Source: Acidiferrobacterales bacterium (GTDB lineage: Bacteria; Pseudomonadota; Gammaproteobacteria; Acidiferrobacterales; SPGG2). Taken from it: 64,000 nt of DNA. The DNA is taken from positions 19,718 to 83,717 of the forward strand of contig JBHIDJ010000003.1 in NCBI GenBank assembly GCA_046760105.1, written 5' to 3'. Made by a program: the position numbers and the translations under genes. Shown here piece after piece: positions 12,720-23,572 of the stretch. Below the pieces are notes generated by a model that was not told the origin of the DNA, did not search any database, and was given only the letters and a program-made list of their open reading frames with translations. The first letter of the stretch is position 1, and each line of letters begins with the position of its first letter.

Positions 12720-13893
12720 CGACGATCCGATCACCTTGACCGAAGCCCGCGCTGCCAGCATCCACTTTGATAAAGCCGTTGGTTTCGCGAAGCGCTCCCA
12801 TCATATGTGATCCTTGACCAGCTAGCGCACGGGCGAACAAGCGGCCATGCTCTGTAAAAAGGCTGGCTCGTAAGAACTCGGTGCGCCCGGGGGCACGATC
12901 AGAACCGTTGGCGGCGATCGCTTCAAGCTCCACCCAGACAGGCACGGCATGATGCCATGCTATGAGGGCGGGTTCGACAAAGAGCTTGAACGTCACCAGA
13001 CTCGAGACCGGATTGCCGGGAAGCGCGAAGAAATGTGTCCGGCTGCCCATGCGTCCGAACGCGATTGGTTTACCAGGCTTAATATTGACTTTCCAGAAAT
13101 TGATTTCACCAATCTGCGAGAACACCTGCTTCACCAAATCATGATCGCCGACAGAGGCGCCCCCGCTGGTAATCACAAAATCATAGTCGGCACTGTCCTT
13201 GAGCACGCGCTTAAGTACCTGCGGATCATCCTCAACGATACCGCCGTCGTCAGCGACGACGCCGAGCTCCTGCAATTGCAGCAAAGTTGCCAGACGATTG
13301 GACTCATAAACCTGACCGGGCTTGAGTGGTGTACCCGGTGTGACCAACTCATCACCGGTGGCGATGACAAGCGCCCGCGGTCGCTGAAATGTGCTGATCT
13401 CAGCAACGCCAGCGGTCGATATTAACGCTAGGTCATAAGCCGACAGGCGCCGACCCGCACGGTAAAGCATGTCGCCTGCGTGAAAATCTTCGCCGCGGTA
13501 GCGGATATTTTGGCCCGACTCCACGTCGGTGGGAAAAACTGCCTTCGGCCCCACTAGTTTAACCTCTTCTTGGATGACCACTGCGTTCGCCCCGGTCGGT
13601 ACCGGCGCGCCGGTAAATATGCGCGTCGTGCTATGCGGCACCAGCGGCTGCGGACAATCGCCGCAGCGCGACTCACCAACTACGGATAACGTCAAGTCGT
13701 GGGCGTGCAGATCAGCAGCGTCCACGGCGTAACCGTCCATCGCCGAGTTATCAAACACCGGGTGATCCAGCCGCGCACATACGTCTTCGGCGAGGAAACG
13801 CCCATGTGCAAGATTAAGGGACAACATCTCGGTTTCAGTCGCTGCACCGACGTCAGCGATGATCGCGGCACGAGCCTGCTCTAGGGTCATCAT
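12691..13893 (-). CDS. moeA: Molybdopterin molybdenumtransferase MoeA
   Basis: 400 aa with NSAMDGYAV, ITSGGASVGDHD and LPGNPVSS motifs. Its 3' end overlaps the convergent ctaA by 29 nt. Confidence 0.9.
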   Translation of the reverse strand: MMTLEQARAAIIADVGAATETEMLSLNLAHGRFLAEDVCARLDHPVFDNSAMDGYAVDAADLHAHDLTLSVVGESRCGDCPQPLVPHSTTRIFTGAPVPTGANAVVIQEEVKLVGPKAVFPTDVESGQNIRYRGEDFHAGDMLYRAGRRLSAYDLALISTAGVAEISTFQRPRALVIATGDELVTPGTPLKPGQVYESNRLATLLQLQELGVVADDGGIVEDDPQVLKRVLKDSADYDFVITSGGASVGDHDLVKQVFSQIGEINFWKVNIKPGKPIAFGRMGSRTHFFALPGNPVSSLVTFKLFVEPALIAWHHAVPVWVELEAIAANGSDRAPGRTEFLRASLFTEHGRLFARALAGQGSHMMGALRETNGFIKVDAGSAGFGQGDRIVVIPLSLDWS

Positions 13894-13966
13894 GTCAGAG
13901 TGATTTAGCTACTGAGGGGAGCACAAATTAGTCTCCAGTATCGACCTGGGAAGACTCTGGAACAAA

Positions 13967-14050
13967 CGCAGAGAACGCAGAGGCGCAGAGGTCGCAAAGG
14001 GTTTAGTTGCCTGATCTTCTCTGCGTCTTTGCGCCTCCGCGGCCTCTGCG
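13967..14050. repeat. REP-like imperfect palindromic element built from GCAGAG-type units
   Basis: Left arm CGCAGAGAACGCAGAGGCGCAGAGGTCGCAAAGG, a 15-nt loop, then right arm CTTCTCTGCGTCTTTGCGCCTCCGCGGCCTCTGCG. By hand alignment about three quarters of positions are complementary. It is intergenic, between add and moeA. Confidence 0.5.
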
Positions 14051-14334
14051 TCGTATACCAGTATCCACAATAGACTGTAAAGGCCCTGCGTAGCCAAGTG
14101 CAAAGAATTATCTGCTCGCGGCAATATCCTTAGTTATCCGCACTAGGCGGGTTACAAGTGTCGATCACATATGGTACCAGGGAGATATGCTTCGCGGCAG
14201 CGAGATCCACGGTAAGCGTTGCATGTTAGCGTTCAGGCGACGGTCGCCCTCGCAAACGCGACGGGGGCGGCGACACTTAAACAGTGACCGACAACTGTTG
14301 CCTCAAACTAGCGGGGCAACACCCACTCAGTTTT

Positions 14335-15495
<1,161 letters not shown>

Positions 15496-15534
15496 TTAGA
15501 ATGGACGTCGGACGCGCGATACGCTTGACATTTG

Positions 15535-16701
15535 TTACTGGCCCACGCGCAAAAATTTCATCACTTCCTCTTTGCGTTGCATGGTATCTGCATAGCCCAG
15601 TGCAATCAATTTTCGGCAATACGCCTTTTCGAACAGCAGGTAGCTTACGAGGCTGGTTCCGCTTTGATGTTGCACGCCGATCCCCCGCAGAAGGAATCGC
15701 ATTGGACGAGGTAGATAGCGTTCGTAGCGTTCTGCGATCTCGCCGAGATCTTCACTTGGCGAGATCACCAATACCTCCACTTCACGCAGCGTAACGGCCC
15801 CTTCTTCCACTCGCTCCGCAGGAATCAGGCTTATGGTTCTGTTTATGCGTTGCAGGCGCTCGATATCTGCATCCAAACTTTCCAGAAAAATACTATTGAG
15901 CACGTGACCCGCAACCTCTGCAAGCGACGGATAGGATATTTGCTCCTCACTGCTTACACTCCCATCGTCCGTTTGGCGTACACCGATCACCAGCACCCGA
16001 TCAGCGCCCAGATGCAGCGCGGGACTAATGGGTGCTATTTGTCCCATTGAGCCGTCACCGAAATACTCGCGATCGAGCTTTACAGCAGGAAGAATAAAGG
16101 GTATCGCAGACGACGCCATCAAGTGATCAATGGTGATCTTGGCCGGCCTGCCTACGCGGCGTGCGCGTTGCCAGGGTGTCAGCGATTGCACGCCCTGGTA
16201 GAAACTTACCGACTGGCCGGAAGTGTACCCGGAAGCGGTGATGCTCAAGGCTTGTAACAACCCGTCATCGATCGCGTCCTGTATCTTTTCGCAGGGCACG
16301 GAGCGTACGAGTAACTGCCGCAGCGGCGTGCAATCCAGTAACGAAGTGGGATTATATTTGCCGAGACCGCCTAAAAGCATAGCCGTGAACCAATGCGCGC
16401 CGCTCTTCAATATCCCCCAGGTATCAGCTCGGAACACGTAGTGCACCCGAAAGAGCTTCCACACAAGGCTCAATCGTTTTACCCCTTCGCGGAAACGGGC
16501 TGAATAGATTGCGAGTGCTGCCGCGTTGATCGCGCCGGCCGATGTCCCGCAAATAATCGAAAAAGGGTTGCTCGCATCTCGCGGCAGCATTTGACTAATT
16601 GCCTTGAGCACGCCGACCTGATAGGCCGCGCGAGCGCCACCACCCCAAAGGATTAATCCGATCTTCGGGTCAGCAGATGCTTGCGTTTTTTCCCAGTCCA
16701 T
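15535..16701 (-). CDS. Patatin-like phospholipase family protein
   Basis: GGGARAAYQVGVL oxyanion motif, GTSAG nucleophile elbow and a downstream DGS/DGG-type Asp (FGDGSM). Confidence 0.85.
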   Translation of the reverse strand: MDWEKTQASADPKIGLILWGGGARAAYQVGVLKAISQMLPRDASNPFSIICGTSAGAINAAALAIYSARFREGVKRLSLVWKLFRVHYVFRADTWGILKSGAHWFTAMLLGGLGKYNPTSLLDCTPLRQLLVRSVPCEKIQDAIDDGLLQALSITASGYTSGQSVSFYQGVQSLTPWQRARRVGRPAKITIDHLMASSAIPFILPAVKLDREYFGDGSMGQIAPISPALHLGADRVLVIGVRQTDDGSVSSEEQISYPSLAEVAGHVLNSIFLESLDADIERLQRINRTISLIPAERVEEGAVTLREVEVLVISPSEDLGEIAERYERYLPRPMRFLLRGIGVQHQSGTSLVSYLLFEKAYCRKLIALGYADTMQRKEEVMKFLRVGQ

Positions 16702-16940
16702 CTTCGTGCTCTATTGGTAGGCCTTCCGGGTATTTAAACCGGCCACGGTTAGGCGCTAGATCGAACCTTTTACAAGACCTTTTTAAGTATAACTAACACC
16801 TGTTGTGACGGCTGCCTAGGTGTGTGCGCGCGCCGGACGCAGGCATATCGGCGAGCGACGGATCTAGATGGTTAGAGTCGATAGCGGTAGGCTATGTGTT
16901 TGCGCAGTAATCAGCGTCTACAGCCGATCATGGTTTCACC

Positions 16941-17630
16941 GTGAGGACGCGCTGGGGTTACCATTTGAACAACCGCTACACAGATAGAACTCTGGCACTT
17001 GCGGGCGTGTTCCAAGCCGCACGGCTAGTACAACAGCTGGCCCGCCATGGCCGTTCAGACAAAGGGGCGCTCGCTGCCAGCATCAATAGTGTACTCGAGC
17101 TCGATGCGCCGACGACCGAGGATGTCTACGGCGGTGTAGGTGGAGTCGCGCTTGGCCTACAGCTTCTTAGAGATAAGCTTAGTGGCCGCGCCGACCCTAG
17201 CGATGTAGAAATGACTCACTACGTAGTGAGTGTGCTCCAACTAGAACAACGTCTCAAACGCAACACGGCGATGTTGGAAACCATTCGCCGGGGCATAGAG
17301 TCGGTGCTTGCACAAATGCGATTCTTCGCGAGTGAAACCGCTGACGACGAACAGGTCCACCCGAACCTAGCGGCAAAGCTTTCGCAGCTCTATAGCATGA
17401 CACTCAGCACGCTTACGCCACGGATTGTCGTCAGCGGTGAGCGGGCCTACCTGGCTAATCCGGCTATTGCCGACAAGGTGCGGGCGCTCCTGCTTGCAGG
17501 CATCCGCTCCGCCTTCCTCTGGCGCCAGCTTGGTGGCACTCGCTGGCAGTTGCTGTTCAGGCGCAACGCGATTGTGCGCGAGGCGATAGGGATACTGGAA
17601 CTACTGCGCACCCAAGAGACAGCGGCCTAA
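16941..17630 (+). CDS. hflD: High-frequency-of-lysogenization protein HflD
   Basis: YTDRTLALAGVFQAARLVQQLARHGRSD matches the HflD N-terminal signature. The true start may be the TTG ~24 nt downstream of the GTG at 16941. Confidence 0.8.
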   Translation: MRTRWGYHLNNRYTDRTLALAGVFQAARLVQQLARHGRSDKGALAASINSVLELDAPTTEDVYGGVGGVALGLQLLRDKLSGRADPSDVEMTHYVVSVLQLEQRLKRNTAMLETIRRGIESVLAQMRFFASETADDEQVHPNLAAKLSQLYSMTLSTLTPRIVVSGERAYLANPAIADKVRALLLAGIRSAFLWRQLGGTRWQLLFRRNAIVREAIGILELLRTQETAA

Positions 17631-17665
17631 ACACTGAGGCACCTTAAGAACGACCCTATAGGCGA

Positions 17666-19111
17666 TCAACCGCTAAGCTTCTTCTTCAACACTTCATTAA
17701 CTTGTTTGGGGTTCGCCTTGCCGCGGGTGGCCTTCATAACCTGTCCGACAAAATAACCAAATACTTTTTCTTGACCGCTCCGATATTGTTCTACCTGTTT
17801 CGGGTTCGCTGTCAGAACTTCCTCAACTGCCTTTTCAATCAGGCCGGCATCCGTAATCTGTTTCAGTCCGCGTTTCTCGATAATCGCGTCGGCGTCGCCC
17901 TCACCCTTCCACATGGTATCGAATACTTCCTTGGCGATCTTTCCTGAGATCGTATTATCTGCAATGCGATCCGTGAGCCCTGCGAGCATAGTTGAGGAAA
18001 CAGCGGAGTCCTCGATCGAGCAGTTTTCTTTGTTTAAGTAACTGGACAACTCGCCCGTTACCCAGTTGGCTATCAGTTGAGGGTCAGCCGATGACGCCGT
18101 CGCTGTCTCCTCGAAGTAGTCAGCCATTTCACGCGTTGCCGTCAGAACCCCTGCATCGTAAGCGTTGACGGCATACTCGTGCATAAACCGCTTGCGTTTA
18201 GCATCCGGGAGCTCGGGCAATGTCTGTTTTACCTCCTCAATAAATGTCTCGTCCAGCTCAAGCGGCGGTAGATCCGGATCAGGAAAATAACGGTAATCGT
18301 GGGCCTCCTCTTTGCCACGCATTGATCGGGTCTCATCCTTGCCGGGATCGTAGAGCCGCGTTTCCTGCACAACCTCCCCGCCGCCCTCGAGGACATCGAT
18401 CTGCCGCTCGATCTCGTATTCGATTCCCTTCTCTATGAACTTGAACGAGTTGATGTTTTTCAACTCGGTGCGGATGCCAAATTCCTTCTGGCCCTTGCGA
18501 CGTACCGAGACATTGGCGTCACAACGGAACGAACCCTCTTGCATATTGCCGTCGCAGATCTCCAAATACCGGACCAGTTCGTGGAGTCTCTTCAGATAAG
18601 CGACGGCCTCTTGGGCAGAACGCATGTCGGGCTCCGAAACGATCTCCAGCAGCGGCGTGCCCGCACGGTTGAGATCGATCCCGCTCAGGCCCTGGAAGTC
18701 TTCGTGCAGGGATTTACCCGCGTCTTCTTCTAGGTGAGCGCGGGTAATGCGGATAGCCTTTGTCGAGCCATCGACTTCGATGTCGATGTGGCCGTGCTGC
18801 ACGATGGGCAACTCGTACTGGCTGATCTGATAACCCTTCGGCAGATCGGGGTAAAAGTAGTTCTTGCGGGCAAATACCGAATGGCGATTAATCTTCGCCC
18901 CGATGGCAAGACCAAACTTTATCGCCATTCGGGTGGTCTCCTTATTCATCACGGGAAGCACACCGGGCAGCGCTATATCGACGGCGCACGCCTGCGTGTT
19001 CGGCTCGGTACCGTACTTGGTCGACGCGCCAGAGAAAATCTTGCTCTGCGTCAACAATTGAGTGTGGACCTCAAGTCCAATAACCGGTTCCCAGTCCGTG
19101 TCTCTTAACAT
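17666..19111 (-). CDS. gatB: Asp-tRNA(Asn)/Glu-tRNA(Gln) amidotransferase subunit B
   Basis: [13 protein letters not shown]..., [15 protein letters not shown] and the C-terminal YqeY-like tail. I prefer the ATG at 19111 over the TTG at 19129. Confidence 0.95.
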   Translation of the reverse strand: MLRDTDWEPVIGLEVHTQLLTQSKIFSGASTKYGTEPNTQACAVDIALPGVLPVMNKETTRMAIKFGLAIGAKINRHSVFARKNYFYPDLPKGYQISQYELPIVQHGHIDIEVDGSTKAIRITRAHLEEDAGKSLHEDFQGLSGIDLNRAGTPLLEIVSEPDMRSAQEAVAYLKRLHELVRYLEICDGNMQEGSFRCDANVSVRRKGQKEFGIRTELKNINSFKFIEKGIEYEIERQIDVLEGGGEVVQETRLYDPGKDETRSMRGKEEAHDYRYFPDPDLPPLELDETFIEEVKQTLPELPDAKRKRFMHEYAVNAYDAGVLTATREMADYFEETATASSADPQLIANWVTGELSSYLNKENCSIEDSAVSSTMLAGLTDRIADNTISGKIAKEVFDTMWKGEGDADAIIEKRGLKQITDAGLIEKAVEEVLTANPKQVEQYRSGQEKVFGYFVGQVMKATRGKANPKQVNEVLKKKLSG

Positions 19112-19188
19112 ACGAGTTCCAAGTCTCAAGTACCAGGTAGCAAGGATTTTAGCAGCGTCCAGCTGCTTCGATCTTCACTTGCTACTTG

Positions 19189-20646
19189 CTACTCAAATCC
19201 CTTCGGGATTTGTCTATGCCAATCCGTCACCTGCTGGTAGCAGTGAGCGACGTTTAGGATGCGCGCTTCGTCAAAATACCGGCCGATGACGTGAAGGCCA
19301 ATCGGATGCCCAGCCTTGTCGAAACCCACAGGGATCGATAGACCGGGCAATCCAGCGAGATTTGCCGGGATCGTATAGATGTCGTTCAAATACATGGCCA
19401 CAGGATCATCAATTTTGGCGCCGATCTTGAATGCCGTCGTGGGTGTAGTCGGTCCCATAATTACATCACAGATGTCGAAAGCACGTTTGAAATCCTCCGC
19501 AATCAGACGCCTGAGTTTTAGGGCTTGCAAATAATACGCATCGTAGTAACCCGCAGACAGGGCATAGGTGCCAATCAGGACGCGCCGTTTGACTTCGGCG
19601 CCGAATCCCTGCGACCGGGTCTTTTTGTACATGTCGATTAGATCCGTGTACTCCGGCGCCCGGTAGCCGTAGCGCACACCGTCATAGCGGGCCAGGTTCG
19701 ATGAGGCCTCCGCCGGGGCCAACACGTAATAACAAGGGACGGCAAGGCTGCAGTTGGGCATGCTGACATCGACGATCTCGGCGCCAAGCCGCTTGTATTC
19801 ACCAAGTCCGGCCTCTACGGCTTGCGCCACCTCATTGCTGACGCCTTCCCCAAAGAACTCTTGCGGCAGTCCGATTGTTAAGCCCTTGATGTCGTGGTCG
19901 AGCTCCTTTGTGAAGTCCGGCACCGGCTCATCCACGGACGTGGAGTCGCGCGGATCAAAACCGGCCATCACGTTCAGGAGCCAGGCAGCATCCTCGACGC
20001 TGCGCGCCACTACGCCACCCTGATCTAGCGACGAGGCGAATGCCACCATGCCGTATCGTGAGACGCGGCCATAGCTCGGCTTCAAGCCGGTGATCCCACA
20101 AAAGGCCGCCGGCTGCCGGATCGAACCGCCGGTATCGGTCCCCGTTGCCGCCGGTGCCAGCGCAGCCGCAACCGCGGCGGCGGAACCACCAGAGCTGCCA
20201 CCGGGTACAGCCTCCTGGTCCCAAGGGTTCTTGACCGGCCCGAAGTAGGAGTTTTCATTGGACGAACCCATGGCAAACTCGTCCATATTGGTCTTGCCGA
20301 GGATCAGCGCGCCCGCCTGCTTAAATTTACGGATGACAGTGGCGTCATAGGGGGCGACAAAGTTGGCCAGGATCTTCGAGCCGCATGTCGTCAGCATACC
20401 GTCCGTGCAGAAGATGTCCTTATGCGCTAGCGGTATCCCTGTCAGCGGACTGGCATCCCCACGGGCAATACGCGCATCGGCGGCCCGTGCCTGCGCAAGC
20501 ACGCGCTCGCCATCAACCGTGATAAACGCGTTCAGGTGCTTATAGGTGCTGATCCGCCCGAGAAATGCCTCGGTGAGCTCGCTGCTGGAAAACGACTTGG
20601 CCTGCAGGCCTGCAGATAGGTCCGTGATCGGCTTATTATGTAACAC
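19189..20646 (-). CDS. gatA: Glutamyl-tRNA(Gln) amidotransferase subunit A
   Basis: 485 aa with the amidase signature [13 protein letters not shown] and full-length GatA-like sequence. Confidence 0.95.
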   Translation of the reverse strand: MLHNKPITDLSAGLQAKSFSSSELTEAFLGRISTYKHLNAFITVDGERVLAQARAADARIARGDASPLTGIPLAHKDIFCTDGMLTTCGSKILANFVAPYDATVIRKFKQAGALILGKTNMDEFAMGSSNENSYFGPVKNPWDQEAVPGGSSGGSAAAVAAALAPAATGTDTGGSIRQPAAFCGITGLKPSYGRVSRYGMVAFASSLDQGGVVARSVEDAAWLLNVMAGFDPRDSTSVDEPVPDFTKELDHDIKGLTIGLPQEFFGEGVSNEVAQAVEAGLGEYKRLGAEIVDVSMPNCSLAVPCYYVLAPAEASSNLARYDGVRYGYRAPEYTDLIDMYKKTRSQGFGAEVKRRVLIGTYALSAGYYDAYYLQALKLRRLIAEDFKRAFDICDVIMGPTTPTTAFKIGAKIDDPVAMYLNDIYTIPANLAGLPGLSIPVGFDKAGHPIGLHVIGRYFDEARILNVAHCYQQVTDWHRQIPKGFE

Positions 20647-20775
20647 AGCGGCGCGCTCGCTGCGGTCTGAGCCGGATCAAGGCAACCGCGGCAGTGGCCA
20701 AGGTCTGATCTGTGCCAACGGATAGACTGATGCTCGATCCCTGCTCGAAATCGCCATACCCGCGTCGGCAGCGGC

Positions 20776-21063
20776 CTAATCGACGACCTTGGGCACCAGA
20801 TATAACCCGACCTCGGTGGCAGGGGCGAGCTGCTGGAACTTGTCGCGTCGGTCAGCCTCCGTAACGTTGTCTTCCCGCAGCCGCAGCCCGACATCCTGCG
20901 GATGCGCCATCGGTGTCACCCCGGTGGTATCGACTGCGTTCATCTGTTCAATCAGGTCGAGTATGCTCGACAGGCTGTCTGTAAACGACTTCGCCTCACG
21001 CTCATCGATCTCAAGTCGTGCGAGGTGTGCTATTCGCTCTACGTCGGCTCGACTCAGCGACAT
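20776..21063 (-). CDS. gatC: Glutamyl-tRNA(Gln) amidotransferase subunit C
   Basis: 95 aa starting MSLSRADVERIAHLARLEIDE, typical of GatC. It heads the gatCAB operon, though with an unusually long 129-nt gap before gatA. Confidence 0.9.
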   Translation of the reverse strand: MSLSRADVERIAHLARLEIDEREAKSFTDSLSSILDLIEQMNAVDTTGVTPMAHPQDVGLRLREDNVTEADRRDKFQQLAPATEVGLYLVPKVVD

Positions 21064-21187
21064 GGCTCAATGGCCCCATTGAAAGATGCGGCAAATTATC
21101 ATATTCACCAATCCGGTTGAACCCGCAACGTCCCGTTGATACAGTTAAATTAAAGCTTTCGCTGGCATTGAGGCCTGAGCAGGGAAT

Positions 21188-22231
21188 ATGTTTAGGAGTT
21201 TACGCGGTTTTTTTTCCAGTGATCTTGCCATCGACCTTGGCACCGCCAACACGCTGGTGTACGTGCGGGACAGGGGCATCGTGCTGGACGAACCCTCCGT
21301 CGTCGCCATCCGGCACGACCCCGGCCCGCGCAACAATCGCAGCATACTGGCGATAGGCGACCAGGCCAAACGCATGCTGGGGCGGACCCCGGGCAACATA
21401 CAGGCCATCCGACCGATGAAGGACGGCGTAATCGCCGACTTTACCGTCACCGGGGAGATGCTCAAATACTTCATTCGGCGCGTTCACGAAAATCGCCTGT
21501 TCCAGCCAAGCCCGCGGATCGTTGTTTGCGTGCCTTGCGGCTCGACCCAGGTGGAACGGCGGGCCATACGCGAATCGGCGATGGCAGCGGGCGCTCGTGA
21601 GGTCTACTTGATTGAAGAACCGATGGCCGCTGCCATCGGCGCTGACCTGCCGATTGTCGACCCGACGGGCTCCATGGTCCTTGACATCGGCGGCGGCACG
21701 ACAGAGGTGGGGGTGATTTCGCTCGGTGGCATCGTGTATTCCCAGTCTCTGCGGATGGCTGGTGACAAGATGGACGAGGCCATCATTAACTACATTCGTC
21801 GTAGCTACGGCCTGTTGGTTGGCGAAGCAACGGCGGAGCGGATCAAACGCGAAATCGGCACTGCCTGGCATCAAAGCGAGGTCCGCCGCATCGAGTTCAA
21901 GGGCCGGCACATCGCGGACGGCGTCCCCCGCAGCCAGGAAGTCGACAGTCAAGAGATCCATAGCGCGCTGACTGAATGCCTCAACGCGATTGTCAGCGCG
22001 ATCAAGGCGGCCCTGGAAAAGACCCCACCGGAGCTGGGCGCGGACGTCGCCGAGAAGGGCATCGTGGTAGCCGGCGGTGGGGCGCTGTTACGGGACATCG
22101 ATCGCATGCTCGGCGCCGAAACCGGCCTGCCGATTGTTATTACCGATGATCCGCTTACGTGCGTGGTCCAGGGTTGCGGGCGGGCACTGCAACAGGCGGA
22201 GACTCTGGGCGACGTTTTCCTGCAAGAGTAG
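21188..22231 (+). CDS. mreB: Rod-shape-determining protein MreB
   Basis: 347-aa actin-fold protein: [33 protein letters not shown]. Confidence 0.97.
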   Translation: MFRSLRGFFSSDLAIDLGTANTLVYVRDRGIVLDEPSVVAIRHDPGPRNNRSILAIGDQAKRMLGRTPGNIQAIRPMKDGVIADFTVTGEMLKYFIRRVHENRLFQPSPRIVVCVPCGSTQVERRAIRESAMAAGAREVYLIEEPMAAAIGADLPIVDPTGSMVLDIGGGTTEVGVISLGGIVYSQSLRMAGDKMDEAIINYIRRSYGLLVGEATAERIKREIGTAWHQSEVRRIEFKGRHIADGVPRSQEVDSQEIHSALTECLNAIVSAIKAALEKTPPELGADVAEKGIVVAGGGALLRDIDRMLGAETGLPIVITDDPLTCVVQGCGRALQQAETLGDVFLQE

Positions 22232-22249
22232 TCCGACGCGCTGTTTCGT

Positions 22250-23089
22250 ATGACGCATCTCTTCGCCCGGACGAGCGAACGCCCCTCGAGCTTGACACGA
22301 CTGGTGTTCGTGGTGGTCTTGTCTGCGTTCTTGATGGCACTGGATCACCGCAGCCAGTATCTTCCAGAAATCCGCGCCGCGCTGTCGGTGCTGATCTACC
22401 CCATCCAGGTCGTGGCTGCGCTACCGGTGCGAGTGAGCGCGTGGGTGACGGAAGTCGTCACGACCGAGAAAACGCTGCGCGACCGCATCGCCGAGCTGCG
22501 CAACGAGAACTTGGCGCACTTTGCGAGGCTGCAAAAGGTTGACGCCCTCGAGGCGGAAAACAAACGCTTGCGCGATTTGCTGGGATCAGCCCAGCGCGTT
22601 GCCGACCGAGCGGTAGTGGCCGAACTGGTAGAAGTCAGCCTTGAGCCGTTTACCCGCAAGATCGTGGTTGCCAAGGGAAGCCGTGACGGCGTTCGTCTGG
22701 GTCAGCCGGTGATTGACGCCCACGGTATCATGGGCCAGATCACAGAAGTGGGCGTGCTAACGAGTAAGGCCACCCTCATTACGGACCCCGGACATGCAAT
22801 TCCGGTCATCGTGAACCGCAATAGCTTGCGGGCGGTTGTGTTCGGTACGGGTGCACCCGATCGCGTGCGCATACCCTACATGACAGCCTCGGCGGATATT
22901 AAGGAAGGCGACCTGGTCGTAAGCTCGGGTATGGGCGGGCACTTCCCACCTGGTTATCCGGTAGCACAAGTAACCGAGCTCATAAAGGACCCGAACGAGG
23001 CGTTTTTGCGAATCAGCGCGAGGCCGATGGCCCGACTAAATTACGGGAAGGAGGTGCTGTTGATCTGGCCCGGTGACGATGAGGACTAG
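22250..23089 (+). CDS. mreC: Rod-shape-determining protein MreC
   Basis: 279 aa with an N-terminal TM segment, a coiled coil (LRNENLAHFARLQKVDALEAENKRLRDLL) and a beta-rich C-terminus. It lies immediately after mreB. Confidence 0.9.
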   Translation: MTHLFARTSERPSSLTRLVFVVVLSAFLMALDHRSQYLPEIRAALSVLIYPIQVVAALPVRVSAWVTEVVTTEKTLRDRIAELRNENLAHFARLQKVDALEAENKRLRDLLGSAQRVADRAVVAELVEVSLEPFTRKIVVAKGSRDGVRLGQPVIDAHGIMGQITEVGVLTSKATLITDPGHAIPVIVNRNSLRAVVFGTGAPDRVRIPYMTASADIKEGDLVVSSGMGGHFPPGYPVAQVTELIKDPNEAFLRISARPMARLNYGKEVLLIWPGDDED

Positions 23090-23095
23090 CACACC

Positions 23096-23569
23096 ATGCG
23101 CGGTGCACTGGTTATTGCCATCAGCTTTCTAGTGGCGTTCCTGTTGTCGATGCTTCCCGGGCCAGAATGGGCTCAGCAATTTCGTCCAAATTGGGTGGGG
23201 CTGGTTCTAATCTATTGGTGCATTGCTACGCCGACACGCGTAGGTGTCGGTATTGGTTGGTTGGTTGGTCTGGTACTGGATCTACTCTTCGGCTCGCTAT
23301 TGGGGCAGCACGCGCTGGCGATGGCGGTCATCGCCTACATCGCACATAAGCTGCACCTACAGCTTCGCATGTTCCCGCTATGGCAACAGGCGGTAACGGT
23401 GCTGATCCTGCTTGTCATCAATCAGCTGCTGGTTCTTTGGGTGAAGGGGGTTCTTGGTCAGGCCTCTACGCTCTGGCCCTACTGGACCTCAAGTATCGTC
23501 GGTATGGTGATCTGGCCGCTGGTGTTTGTCATCTTGCGAGATGTGCGCCGTCGGATAAATCTAAGCTAG
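23096..23569 (+). CDS. mreD: Rod-shape-determining protein MreD
   Basis: 157-aa polytopic membrane protein in the mreBCD position. Confidence 0.85.
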   Translation: MRGALVIAISFLVAFLLSMLPGPEWAQQFRPNWVGLVLIYWCIATPTRVGVGIGWLVGLVLDLLFGSLLGQHALAMAVIAYIAHKLHLQLRMFPLWQQAVTVLILLVINQLLVLWVKGVLGQASTLWPYWTSSIVGMVIWPLVFVILRDVRRRINLS

Positions 23570-23572
23570 ACC

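Noticed and set aside
13909-14124. 71-aa minus-strand ORF between moeA and add
   Set aside because: It is generated by reading through the REP-like palindrome (low-complexity SAPLRSLRL). It has no Shine-Dalgarno and no family resemblance.
13894-14334. A possible Moco riboswitch in the 440-nt region upstream of moeA
   Set aside because: I could not find the conserved Moco-motif core. The structured part is explained by the REP-like palindrome. An Rfam scan would be needed to revisit this.
20647-20775. An unusually long (129-nt) spacer between gatC and gatA, considered as a possible small gene or RNA element
   Set aside because: It has no ORF with an RBS, no clear stem-loop and no repeat that I could see. 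I note it only as atypical operon spacing.
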